Source: an uncultured Flavobacteriales bacterium
GTDB taxonomy: Bacteria > Bacteroidota > Bacteroidia > Flavobacteriales > BACL11
Length of the DNA: 64,000 bases
Assembly: GCA_905478765.1 (NCBI GenBank)
Contig: CAJQJY010000012.1
Coordinates: 371-64,370, forward strand
Reading direction: 5' to 3'
Shown here: positions 26,898 to 36,330 of the stretch, piece by piece
Layout: each line of letters starts with the position of its first letter
Position numbering within the stretch: position 1 is the stretch's first letter
The notes under the pieces: model-generated
Seen by the model: only the letters and a program-made list of their open reading frames with translations
Databases searched by the model: none
Told to the model about the DNA's origin: nothing
Program-made: the position numbers and the translations under genes

Positions 26898-28255
26898 TGG
26901 CAAAAAAAAAGATACAATCCGCCTTTTTTTGTCAGAGTTGCGGAACACAATCACCAAAATGGTTAGGAAAATGTCCGCAATGTAATGAGTGGAATACTTT
27001 TGTTGAAGAAGTTGTCAGCAAAGGTAGTGATGTAAAAGGTAGATTTAAATCCAATAAAGTAAGTAAGCCAACTTTGGTTAGTGAAATTGACTACACTAAT
27101 GAAAAAAGAATGGTTACTAATGACAAAGAATTCAACAGAGTTTTAGGTGGCGGAATAGTTCCTGGCTCATTAGTGCTTTTAGGTGGAGATCCTGGAATTG
27201 GTAAATCAACTTTACTACTGCAATTTGCATTAAGCTCAAAAAGCAAAAAGATACTTTATATATCTGGAGAAGAAAGTGCAAAGCAAATAAAAATGCGCGC
27301 TGAACGCATAAATAAAAATTCAGATAACTGCTATATATTATGTGAAACCTCAACGCAAAATATTTTTCAGCAAATAGAACAATTGCAACCTGATATTTTA
27401 GTAGTTGACTCCATACAAACTCTACATACAGCTCATATTGAATCCTCACCAGGATCAGTTTCTCAAATAAGAGAATGTACAGCTGAACTTATAAAATATG
27501 CCAAAGACACAGGAACGGCAGTTATTTTGATAGGACACATCAATAAAGATGGGGCAATTGCAGGACCAAAAATATTGGAGCATATGGTGGATACCGTACT
27601 CCAATTTGAGGGCGACAGAAATCATGTTTACAGAATACTTAGGACTGTGAAAAACCGCTTTGGATCAGCATCAGAATTGGGAGTTTATGAAATGAATCAA
27701 GAGGGATTAAGAGAAGTAAGCAACCCTTCAGAGATACTCATATCAGAAAGAGATGAGGCGACAAGTGGAGTTGGAATTGCTGCCACAATTGAAGGCGCTC
27801 GTCCGCTACTTGTAGAAATACAATCTTTGGTAAGTTCGGCAGTTTACGGGAACCCACAAAGGTCGGCTACTGGTTTTGACAATAAAAGAATGAATATGCT
27901 CTTGGCTGTTTTAGAAAAAAGATGTGGCTTTAAATTAGGGGCAAAAGATGTGTTTTTGAATATAACTGGTGGAATTAAGATAGTTGATACAGCTATTGAT
28001 TTGGCTGTGATTTGTTCTATCCTATCATCTGACCAAGATGTAGCCTTAGACACGCTTACTTGCTTTGCTGGAGAAATTGGATTAAGTGGAGAAATACGAG
28101 CCGTAAACAGAATTGAAAACCGAATTGCAGAAGCTGAGAAACTAGGATACACACAAATCATAATTTCAAAATACAATAAGTTTAATGCCAAAGGCTTTAA
28201 TATTGACATTGTACAATGCGGGAAAATTGAAGAGGTTTTTAGGTTATTGTTTTGA
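26897..28255 (+). CDS. radA: DNA repair protein RadA
   Basis: Zinc finger CQSCGTQSPKWLGKCPQC, Walker A GGDPGIGKST, KNRFG motif, Lon-like C-terminus. Confidence 0.95.
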   Translation: MAKKKIQSAFFCQSCGTQSPKWLGKCPQCNEWNTFVEEVVSKGSDVKGRFKSNKVSKPTLVSEIDYTNEKRMVTNDKEFNRVLGGGIVPGSLVLLGGDPGIGKSTLLLQFALSSKSKKILYISGEESAKQIKMRAERINKNSDNCYILCETSTQNIFQQIEQLQPDILVVDSIQTLHTAHIESSPGSVSQIRECTAELIKYAKDTGTAVILIGHINKDGAIAGPKILEHMVDTVLQFEGDRNHVYRILRTVKNRFGSASELGVYEMNQEGLREVSNPSEILISERDEATSGVGIAATIEGARPLLVEIQSLVSSAVYGNPQRSATGFDNKRMNMLLAVLEKRCGFKLGAKDVFLNITGGIKIVDTAIDLAVICSILSSDQDVALDTLTCFAGEIGLSGEIRAVNRIENRIAEAEKLGYTQIIISKYNKFNAKGFNIDIVQCGKIEEVFRLLF

Positions 28256-28265
28256 CTTTTTATAA

Positions 28266-28754
28266 ATGAACACTGACATTAAAAAACTTTTCCACCAGAA
28301 AATGCTAAATCCCATTTTCTTTAAGTTATTTTTAATTTTAAAATTACCATTAGCATTTTTAGCTGGAGTTAAATTAAAATTCTTAAACGAAACGCAATCT
28401 ACAGTTCAACTAAAGTATAACTGTTTAAACAAAAACCCGTTTAAGTCAATTTATTTTGCAGCTCTATAAATGGGAGGAGAATTAGCTTCCAGTATATTAG
28501 CAGCAAGTTTTATTTATAAAAACAAACCAGAAATATCCATGTTAGTTGTGGGTGTTAATATAGAGTTTTCTTAAAAAGCAGTTGGGCTAATTGAGTTCAA
28601 CTGTAAACAATGCAAGGAAATACAAGATTGCATAAATAAAAGTATTAAAGCAAAAGAAGGGCAAAGCATAACTGTAACAACTACTGCAACAGATGAGTAA
28701 GGAGATATTGTAGCTACCTTCAATATTACTTGGTCTTTCAAAGCAAAAAAATAA
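28266..28754 (+). pseudogene. hotdog-fold (DUF4442-like) gene interrupted by three in-frame TAA codons
   Basis: A single 163-codon frame reads ..FFKLFLILKLPLAFLAGVKLKFL..NKNPFKSIYFAAL*MGGELASS..ISMLVVGVNIEFS*KAVGLIEFNC..TATDE*GDIVATFNITWSFKAKK*. Internal TAAs lie at 28467, 28572 and 28698. No frameshift. Confidence 0.55.
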
Positions 28755-28755
28755 A

Positions 28756-29214
28756 CTACTTAGATTCCAAGATTTGAGAAGTATGTGCTTTGGTTTTTAC
28801 TTTCGTAATAATATCTAAAATTATTCCATGTTCATCAATCACAAAAGTAGTTCTATGTATACCATCATATTCCTTACCCATAAACTTTTTAGGCCCCCAA
28901 ACTCCATAAGCATTTAGCACTTCTTTGCTTTCATCCGCAATAAGAGGGAAAGGCAAATCATGTTTTTCAATAAACTTAATATGCCTTTCAGGGCTATCAG
29001 CCGAGCAACCCAAAACCACATACCCCTTGTCTACAAGTATTTGATAGTTGTCTCTTAAATTACAAGATTGCATAGTGCAGCCTGGTGTCATGTCTTTTGG
29101 GTAAAAATAAAGTACAACTTTACTACCTTTAAATTGCTCTAATGTAATTGAATCTCCATTTTGATCTACAGAGTTAATTACCGGTGCGCTATCTCCTATT
29201 TTTAAATTTTTCAT
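28756..29214 (-). CDS. bcp: thioredoxin-dependent thiol peroxidase (peroxiredoxin Bcp)
   Basis: Start moved to MKNLKIGDSAP, because the ORF-track start overlaps hppD. YFYPKDMTPGCTMQSC. Confidence 0.88.
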   Translation of the reverse strand: MKNLKIGDSAPVINSVDQNGDSITLEQFKGSKVVLYFYPKDMTPGCTMQSCNLRDNYQILVDKGYVVLGCSADSPERHIKFIEKHDLPFPLIADESKEVLNAYGVWGPKKFMGKEYDGIHRTTFVIDEHGIILDIITKVKTKAHTSQILESK

Positions 29215-29227
29215 AATCTTATTTAAC

Positions 29228-30385
29228 TTATAATGTTCCTCTTCTTGCTTGTTCAGCTTCGATGCATTCAAAAAGAGCTTTAAAGTTTCCTTTACCAAAT
29301 GATTTTGCCCCCTTTCTTTGTATAATCTCAAAAAATAATGTGGGTCTGTCAGTTAATGGTTTTGTAAAAATTTGCAATAAATACCCTTCTTCATCTCTAT
29401 CCACTAAAATACCATGCTCTTTAAGTGTTAAAATTTCTTCATCAATTTTTCCAACTCTATCTAGCAGAGTATCATAATATGATGATGGTACTTTTAAAAA
29501 CTCTATTCCTCTTTTAGCCATTGCAGCAATACTTGTTACAATATCATCAGTAGCTATTGCAATATGCTGTACTCCCGGCCCATCATAAAAATCTAAATAT
29601 TCCTCAATCTGAGATTTCCTTTTCCCTTCTGCTGGTTCGTTTATCGGAAACTTTACCCTCCCATTTCCATTAGTCATCACCTTGCTCATCAATGCTGTAT
29701 ACTGAGTAGAAATATCTTTATCATCAAAGGTAATTAAGTTGGCAAATCCCATAGTTTCATTATAGAATTTCTCCCAAATGTTCATCTCGTTCCAACCTAC
29801 ATTAGCAACCATATGGTCAATGTATTTTAATCCAATAGGTTCAGGGTTATAATGAGATTCCCATTTTTCAAATCCTGGCATAAAAGTTCCATTATAATTT
29901 TTACGCTCAACAAAAATATGAACGGTATCTCCATAAATTTTAATCCCTGATGTTGCAACCTCACCATAATTATCCTTTTCTGTTTTTGGTTCTAAGTAAG
30001 ATTCAGCACCTCTACTTGTTGTTTCTTCCCAAGCCTTTTTTGCATCATCTACCCATAGGGCGATTGCCTTAACTCCATCACCATGTTTTTTAATGTGGTC
30101 AAAAATCTCATTATCTTCACCTGGCATTGGTGTCGTAAATACAATTCTGATTTTGTCCTGAACCACAACATAAGAAGTTCTGTCCGTAACGCCAGTCTCC
30201 AAGCCAGCATATGCTAAAGATTGAAAGCCTAAAGCTGTTTTATAAAAGTGAGCTGCTTGTTTAGCATTTCCCACATAATATTCTACATAATCCGTTCCTA
30301 ATAAAGGTAAAAAATCCTGTGCATCCGGGAATACTTTATCTAAGGAGTAAGTAGTATTTTTTATTTTTGTTAAGTCTTCTCTCAT
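29228..30385 (-). CDS. hppD: 4-hydroxyphenylpyruvate dioxygenase
   Basis: 385 aa with two VOC modules. GVQHIAIATDDI and FFEIIQRKGAKSFGKGNFKALFE. Confidence 0.92.
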   Translation of the reverse strand: MREDLTKIKNTTYSLDKVFPDAQDFLPLLGTDYVEYYVGNAKQAAHFYKTALGFQSLAYAGLETGVTDRTSYVVVQDKIRIVFTTPMPGEDNEIFDHIKKHGDGVKAIALWVDDAKKAWEETTSRGAESYLEPKTEKDNYGEVATSGIKIYGDTVHIFVERKNYNGTFMPGFEKWESHYNPEPIGLKYIDHMVANVGWNEMNIWEKFYNETMGFANLITFDDKDISTQYTALMSKVMTNGNGRVKFPINEPAEGKRKSQIEEYLDFYDGPGVQHIAIATDDIVTSIAAMAKRGIEFLKVPSSYYDTLLDRVGKIDEEILTLKEHGILVDRDEEGYLLQIFTKPLTDRPTLFFEIIQRKGAKSFGKGNFKALFECIEAEQARRGTL

Positions 30386-30395
30386 GTATTAATAT

Positions 30396-31556
30396 TTATT
30401 TTTCAAGCCATGATTGATGGTAAACTCCATCTGAAAGTTCAATAGCTGCTTTAGTTAATTTTAGTGGAGCAAAAGTATCTACCATTACTGCCAATTCATC
30501 CGTTTCCGTTTGCCCAATACTTCTTTCTGCTGCACCAGGGTGTGGTCCGTGAGGAATACCTGCAGGATGTAAGGTAATATATCCTTCATCTACATGATTT
30601 CTACTCATAAAATCACCAGCTACATAGTACAATACTTCATCCGAATCGATATTAGAATGGTTATAGGGTGCAGGTATTGATTCTGGATGATAATCGTACA
30701 ATCTTGGGCAGAACGAACAAATTACAAATCTGCTTGTTTCAAAAGTTTGGTGAACAGGTGGTGGTTGATGTACTCTACCTGTAATTGGCTCAAAATCATA
30801 TATTGAAAATGCGTACGGAAAATTGTAACCATCCCAACCTGCTACATCAAAAGGGTGAGATGCATAAGTATACTCATGAATCATTTGTTCTTTCTTAATT
30901 TTTATCACAAAATCACCTAATTCATCATGGGTTTCCAATTCTTCCGGAACTCTTAAATCACGCTCGCAATAAGGAGAATTCTCTAACATTTGCCCAAAAT
31001 GGTTACGGTATTTTTTTGGCGTATAAACAGGAGTGTACGATTCTACAATAAACAATCTATTTTCAGAAGAATTGAACTTCATAGTATAAATCATTCCTCT
31101 AGGAATTACTAAATAATCGCCTTCCTTAAATTTTATATTACCTACAAAAGTTCGTAAAGTTCCCGTTCCTTTGTGAACAAAAATAACCTCATCTCCATCT
31201 GTGTTTTTATAAAAATAATCTTCTGCCAGATTAGTTGGAGCAGAAAGTAAGATATTCAAATCATTATTCAACATAATAGAAATTCGACTCTCTAAATGAT
31301 CAGCAACTTTTGGTGCCTGAAACCCTTTTAACATATAGGATTTTAGGTTTCTATCCACTGCAATTTCTGGTGCAACAGAGTATGCTTCTGCAATATTTTT
31401 AACTTGTGTTGGTCTGTGCAAATGATACAGCAAGGACGACATTCCGTCAAAGCCAATTGTTCCAAAAAGTTCTTCATAATGAATGTTTCCATCTTCTTTT
31501 CGGAATGTGGTGTGCCTTTTATGAGGCATCTTTCCTAATTTATGATATCTTGGCAT
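30396..31556 (-). CDS. hmgA: homogentisate 1,2-dioxygenase
   Basis: Start moved to MPRYHKLGKMPHKRHT (ATG at 31556-31554), 15 nt downstream of a -7 box. HPAGIPHGPHPG near the C-terminus. Confidence 0.9.
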   Translation of the reverse strand: MPRYHKLGKMPHKRHTTFRKEDGNIHYEELFGTIGFDGMSSLLYHLHRPTQVKNIAEAYSVAPEIAVDRNLKSYMLKGFQAPKVADHLESRISIMLNNDLNILLSAPTNLAEDYFYKNTDGDEVIFVHKGTGTLRTFVGNIKFKEGDYLVIPRGMIYTMKFNSSENRLFIVESYTPVYTPKKYRNHFGQMLENSPYCERDLRVPEELETHDELGDFVIKIKKEQMIHEYTYASHPFDVAGWDGYNFPYAFSIYDFEPITGRVHQPPPVHQTFETSRFVICSFCPRLYDYHPESIPAPYNHSNIDSDEVLYYVAGDFMSRNHVDEGYITLHPAGIPHGPHPGAAERSIGQTETDELAVMVDTFAPLKLTKAAIELSDGVYHQSWLEK

Positions 31557-31571
31557 ACTGTTATTTTTATG

Positions 31572-31579
31572 CAAATATA
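31572..31579 (-). promoter_or_regulatory. -7 box TATATTTG for hmgA
   Basis: TAnnTTTG on the minus strand, 15 nt upstream of the ATG at 31556. Confidence 0.45.
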
Positions 31580-31632
31580 ATACATAAAACACAAACATAG
31601 TATGAATTACATCCTTCCTAAAATAAAAATGA

Positions 31633-31640
31633 TAATTTTG
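31633..31640 (+). promoter_or_regulatory. -7 box TAATTTTG for the FAH-family gene
   Basis: TAnnTTTG, only 9 nt upstream of the ATG at 31650. It lies back to back with the hmgA box. Confidence 0.45.
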
Positions 31641-31649
31641 CCTTACTAA

Positions 31650-32627
31650 ATGAAACTTCTTACTTATAAAATAAATAATTTTGATACTCCTCAAATTGGA
31701 GTGTTGCAAAATCAGTTAGTATACAACCTAAATAATTGTTTTGGTAATATCTCTTTAATTGAACTTATACAGCTTGAAAAATACCAGGACCAAGTAGCTT
31801 CCTTTATTTGTAATGAAGATTGTTTGAAACACGATATTAAAGACATTATAGTTTTACCAACTATACCAAAGCCTACTTCTTTTCGTGATGCTTATGCTTT
31901 TAGGCAACATGTTGCTACTTCCAGAAAAAATAGAGGGGTAGATATGATTCCTGAATTTGATGAATTTCCGGTATTTTATTTTTCTAACCATAATGCTATG
32001 TTTGGAGATGGAGAAGAAATAGAACTTATGCCCGATCATTTTCACAGCTTAGATTATGAACTAGAAATTGCTATTGTAATTGGAAAGAGAGGTAAAAACA
32101 TCTTATCAAAAGATGCAGATAAGCACATTGCAGGTTTCTGTATTTTGAATGACATAAGCGCCAGAAGATTACAAATGGAAGAAATGAAACTGAATTTAGG
32201 CCCTGCAAAAGGAAAGGATTTTGCCAATGTTATTGGCCCTTACTTAGTAACTGCTGATGAATTAGAAAGCAAGAGTATTGATACTTCTTTTGGTAAAAAA
32301 TACGATTTACAAATGAGTTGTTATGTAAATGGAGAATTACTTTCAAAAGGAAATGCAAAAGATATGAATTGGAGTTTTGCGGAAATAATTGAGAGAGCTT
32401 CATATGGTGTTGAATTATTTCCTGGAGATGTAATTGGATCAGGAACTGTTGGAACAGGATGTTTGTTAGAGCTAAATGGTACTGGAAAAAGAGATAACCC
32501 AAAGTATCAAGAAAAATGGATACAGGATAATGATGAGGTAGAAATGCAAATTGAAGGATTAGGAAAAATCACAAATAAAATTGTAAAAGCAAAATCTGAT
32601 CACTCAATTTTAAAATTGAAAAAATGA
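31650..32627 (+). CDS. fumarylacetoacetate hydrolase (FAH) family protein
   Basis: 325 aa. ELEIAIVIGK, ILNDISARRLQ, GDVIGSGTVG. Divergent from hmgA. Confidence 0.85.
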   Translation: MKLLTYKINNFDTPQIGVLQNQLVYNLNNCFGNISLIELIQLEKYQDQVASFICNEDCLKHDIKDIIVLPTIPKPTSFRDAYAFRQHVATSRKNRGVDMIPEFDEFPVFYFSNHNAMFGDGEEIELMPDHFHSLDYELEIAIVIGKRGKNILSKDADKHIAGFCILNDISARRLQMEEMKLNLGPAKGKDFANVIGPYLVTADELESKSIDTSFGKKYDLQMSCYVNGELLSKGNAKDMNWSFAEIIERASYGVELFPGDVIGSGTVGTGCLLELNGTGKRDNPKYQEKWIQDNDEVEMQIEGLGKITNKIVKAKSDHSILKLKK

Positions 32628-33463
32628 TAAAAACATTAGACATAACTAAAGGAGAAGTAGAGGGATTATATAGGATTTTATCATCAGCCGTAACACCAAG
32701 ACCAATTGCTTTAGTAAGTACAGTTGATAAAGATGGAACCCAAAATTTAGCTCCATTTTCATTCTTCAATGTCTTTTCTGTAAATCCACCAATTATGGTT
32801 TTTTCACCTGTGAAAAGTGGAAGATTCGTAACAAATAAACACACTTTAGAAAATGTAATGGAAGTAAAAGAATGTGTAATAGCATTAGTTACTGAAGATA
32901 CAGCTCAACAAGTTTCATTAGCTTCTTGCAGTTTCGAAAAAGAGGCAAATGAATTTGAAAAATCTGGACTAACAGAAGTGAAATCAGACTTAATTACGCC
33001 TAGCAGAATTTTAGAATCTCCAATAAATTTCGAGTGCAAAGTAAATGATATTGTAGTATTAGGAGAAGAAGGAGGTGCAGGAAATTTAGTAATTGCTGAA
33101 GTTTTGAAAGTACATATCAATGATGATATTTTAGATGAAAAAGGAGATGTCGATCCGTTTAAAATGAATATTGTAAGCAGATATGGTGCCAATTGGTACG
33201 GAAAAACAACAAAAGATTCATTGTATGAAATTGCAAAACCTATTTCAAGGATAGGCATGGGATTTGATAAATTGCCTGAAAATATAAAAAACTCAAATAT
33301 TTTAACTGGTAATGATTTAGCAATTTTAGCATCAGCAGAAAATATTCCAGCTAAAATTGAGTTAATCACAAGAGAAAATAAATCAATAGAAGAAAAACAT
33401 ATATTTGCAAAAGAATTATTAAGCCAAGGAAAAGCGGAAGAAGCTTGGCAAATACTAATATAA
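32624..33463 (+). CDS. flavin reductase-like domain protein
   Basis: [32 protein letters not shown] overlap with the FAH gene. About 80 extra aa at the C-terminus. Confidence 0.75.
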   Translation: MIKTLDITKGEVEGLYRILSSAVTPRPIALVSTVDKDGTQNLAPFSFFNVFSVNPPIMVFSPVKSGRFVTNKHTLENVMEVKECVIALVTEDTAQQVSLASCSFEKEANEFEKSGLTEVKSDLITPSRILESPINFECKVNDIVVLGEEGGAGNLVIAEVLKVHINDDILDEKGDVDPFKMNIVSRYGANWYGKTTKDSLYEIAKPISRIGMGFDKLPENIKNSNILTGNDLAILASAENIPAKIELITRENKSIEEKHIFAKELLSQGKAEEAWQILI

Positions 33464-33485
33464 AATAACTAAAAAAATAAAAAAT

Positions 33486-34085
33486 ATGTCATTCGAATTA
33501 CCAAAATTACCTTACGCTTATGATGCGTTAGAACCATATATTGATGCAAGAACAATGGAAATACACTATTCAAAACATCATAATGGATATACAAATAACC
33601 TAAATAATGCAATTACAGGCACGGACTTGGCAGGAAAATCTATTGAGGAAATTTGCGCTACACCAGGATTAAGTGGTGGAGCAAGAAATAATGGCGGAGG
33701 CTACTACAACCATAATATATTCTGGACTTCAATGAGTCCGAATGGAGGAGGAAATCCAACTGGAGCTATTGCTGATGCAATAAATACTAAATTTGGTTCT
33801 TTTGAAAACTTTAAAAATGAATTTTCGAAAGCAGCAGCTACAAGATTTGGATCAGGATGGGCTTGGCTAGGTGTCTGTGATGGGAAATTATGCGTATGCT
33901 CTACTGCTAACCAAGATAATCCTTTAATGCAGGGTCAATGTGGTTGCACACCAGTTTTATGCTTAGATGTATGGGAGCACGCATACTATTTAAACTACCA
34001 GAACAGACGCCCAGACTACATCAATGCATTCTTTAATGTTATCAATTGGGATGAAGTAAATAAGAGATACACTGCAGCTTTATAA
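33486..34085 (+). CDS. superoxide dismutase (Fe/Mn family)
   Basis: [41 protein letters not shown]. Confidence 0.93.
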   Translation: MSFELPKLPYAYDALEPYIDARTMEIHYSKHHNGYTNNLNNAITGTDLAGKSIEEICATPGLSGGARNNGGGYYNHNIFWTSMSPNGGGNPTGAIADAINTKFGSFENFKNEFSKAAATRFGSGWAWLGVCDGKLCVCSTANQDNPLMQGQCGCTPVLCLDVWEHAYYLNYQNRRPDYINAFFNVINWDEVNKRYTAAL

Positions 34086-34141
34086 TATTTTTATAAATTT
34101 GCCACACTTAAAAAATAATAATCAAACAAATTAAAAAGAAA

Positions 34142-34930
34142 ATGAAAAACATATTTGCCTTATTAGCTCTATTTGGATTATTCCTTGTTGGAACTTACAA
34201 TGCTTACGCACAAGATGCTGACACAATTGCAACTGAAGAAGTTGTTGAAGAAACTACAGCTGTAATGGAAGAAACTACAGCTGAAGCGCCTCCTGCATCT
34301 GAAGATTCTTTCCACCAAGTTATCAAACAAAAATTTATTGAAGGAGGACCTGGGTTTATGGGGATTGTATTGTTATGTTTAATCTTAGGATTAGCTTTAG
34401 CAATTGAAAGAATCATCTATTTAAACATGGCTACTACCGATACTGATAAATTATTAAATGATGTTGAATCTGCTTTAAACAATGGAGGAGTTGATGCTGC
34501 TAAAGAAGTTTGTAGAAATACAAAAGGACCAGTTGCTTCTATCTTTTATCAAGGTTTAGAAAGATCAAATGAAGGAGTTGAGATGGTTGAAAAATCTATC
34601 GTTTCTTACGGATCGGTTCAAATGGGACTTTTAGAAAAAGGATTATCCTGGATTTCATTATTTATTGCTCTTGCTCCTATGCTTGGGTTTATGGGTACAG
34701 TAATTGGTATGATTGGAGCATTTGATGCTATTGAAGCTGCAGGAGATATTTCTCCATCATTAGTTGCTGGAGGAATTAAAGTTGCCTTATTAACTACTGT
34801 ATTCGGACTTATTGTAGCAATGATTCTACAAATATTCTATAATTACTTAATTGCAAAAGTTGATTCAATTGTTAACTCAATGGAAGATGCTTCTATCTCA
34901 TTAATTGACTTATTGGTTAAAAATAAATAA
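34142..34930 (+). CDS. exbB: MotA/TolQ/ExbB proton channel family protein
   Basis: Signal peptide plus acidic linker, then three TM helices with LGFMGTVIGMIGAF. Confidence 0.88.
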   Translation: MKNIFALLALFGLFLVGTYNAYAQDADTIATEEVVEETTAVMEETTAEAPPASEDSFHQVIKQKFIEGGPGFMGIVLLCLILGLALAIERIIYLNMATTDTDKLLNDVESALNNGGVDAAKEVCRNTKGPVASIFYQGLERSNEGVEMVEKSIVSYGSVQMGLLEKGLSWISLFIALAPMLGFMGTVIGMIGAFDAIEAAGDISPSLVAGGIKVALLTTVFGLIVAMILQIFYNYLIAKVDSIVNSMEDASISLIDLLVKNK

Positions 34931-34932
34931 TC

Positions 34933-35262
34933 ATGGAAAGTTTAATTAATATAGGAATCATATTAACCTACCTGATGGTTGCTTTTGCAGCCTTAGCAGC
35001 TATTGGTTTTGGTATCAAAAAAATGATGCAAAAAACTAACAATGCTAAAAAGACATTGTATTCAATTGGAGGTCTTTTAGTTATTATGCTTATTTCTTAC
35101 CTTATGTCTTCTGATGAAGTATTAGGATCGTACGAAAAATATGAAATTACAGCTTCAACAGCTAAAAGAGTTGGGATGGGATTAACAACTTTCTATTTAT
35201 TAGCAATTGGTGCAATTGGTGCTGTTTTGTATGCTGAATTATCAAAAGTATTTTCTAAATAA
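34933..35262 (+). CDS. small membrane protein (three predicted TM helices) in the exbB-exbD cluster
   Basis: 109-aa hydrophobic ORF, tightly packed between exbB and exbD. Confidence 0.55.
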   Translation: MESLINIGIILTYLMVAFAALAAIGFGIKKMMQKTNNAKKTLYSIGGLLVIMLISYLMSSDEVLGSYEKYEITASTAKRVGMGLTTFYLLAIGAIGAVLYAELSKVFSK

Positions 35263-35813
35263 TGGCAAGTAAAAGAAGAGGATTACCCGAAATTAATGCA
35301 GGATCAATGGCAGATATTGCCTTTTTACTGCTTATCTTTTTCTTGGTAACTACAACTATGGATCAGGATACTGGGATCGCCAGAAAGCTACCTCCAATGC
35401 CTGAAGAAGAATTGCAAGAAGATGATTCTCAAATTAATGCTAAGAACATTTACACCGTACTTATTAATTCTCAGAATCAACTTTTAGTTGAAGGGGAGTT
35501 AATGGATATTTCACAGTTAAAAGATGGAGCTAAGAAGTTTATCAATAATAATGGTATAGATCCTAACTCATCAGAAAATCCTGAGAAAGCGATTATCTCA
35601 TTACAGAATGATAGAGGTACTGAGTACATGACTTACATAAGAGTGCAAAATGAATTAGCTGCTGCATATACTGATTTAAGAAATAATGCATCTTTAAACG
35701 AATTTGGAGAGAGGTATGCTGATTTGAATAAAACTCAGATGAAGGAAATAAGGAAAATGTATCCTCAAAAAATATCAGAAGCTGAACCTAAAAATATAGG
35801 AGGAGATGAGTAA
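35262..35813 (+). CDS. exbD: biopolymer transporter ExbD/TolR
   Basis: INAGSMADIAFLLLIFFLVTTT. Confidence 0.85.
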   Translation: MASKRRGLPEINAGSMADIAFLLLIFFLVTTTMDQDTGIARKLPPMPEEELQEDDSQINAKNIYTVLINSQNQLLVEGELMDISQLKDGAKKFINNNGIDPNSSENPEKAIISLQNDRGTEYMTYIRVQNELAAAYTDLRNNASLNEFGERYADLNKTQMKEIRKMYPQKISEAEPKNIGGDE

Positions 35814-36273
35814 ATTTAGAAAAGACGGTAAAAAAGGAATGCCAGCAATTTCAACTGCTTCCTTACCAGATATTGTATTTATGTTACTTTTCTTTTTTAT
35901 GGTAACTACTGTAATGCGTGAAACAACTTTATTTGTAAGCGTCACTACACCAAAAGCAACTGAGATAAAAAAGCTTAAGAAGAAATCATTAGTAAGTTAT
36001 ATTTATATTGGTAGCCCAGTAAGAAGAATGCAATCTTCATACGGTACTGCTGCAAGAATACAACTTAATGATGCTTTTGCATCAGTTGATGAAATACAAG
36101 AATTTATTGCTACTGAGCGTGAAGCTAGAGATGAGAAAGAGATTCCTTACATGACAACATCAATTAAAGCTGATGAGACTGTAAAAATGGGAATTATTAC
36201 TGATGTAAAACAGGAGCTCAGGAAAGCAAACGCACTTAAAATTAACTATTCTACTAGAAAAGGAACTTACTAA
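35806..36273 (+). CDS. exbD: biopolymer transporter ExbD/TolR (second copy)
   Basis: TASLPDIVFMLLFFFMVTT. Confidence 0.85.
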   Translation: MSKFRKDGKKGMPAISTASLPDIVFMLLFFFMVTTVMRETTLFVSVTTPKATEIKKLKKKSLVSYIYIGSPVRRMQSSYGTAARIQLNDAFASVDEIQEFIATEREARDEKEIPYMTTSIKADETVKMGIITDVKQELRKANALKINYSTRKGTY

Positions 36274-36304
36274 GTTTTAAACTTTATTTTAGACAACAAA
36301 AGAG

Positions 36305-36330
36305 AGACTGATTTTATCAGTCTTTTTTTA
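36305..36330 (+). terminator. rho-independent terminator after the exbD cluster
   Basis: AGACTGAT-TTT-ATCAGTCT followed by TTTTTTT. The stem overlaps the stop codon of the convergent CPBP gene. Confidence 0.65.

Noticed and set aside
33486-34085. Superoxide dismutase with seven cysteines ([42 protein letters not shown])
   Set aside because: As far as I recall, flavobacterial Fe/Mn SODs commonly carry Cys at several of these positions (WLCV, VCST, GCGG). This is probably lineage-typical, and the metal ligands and overall length are normal.
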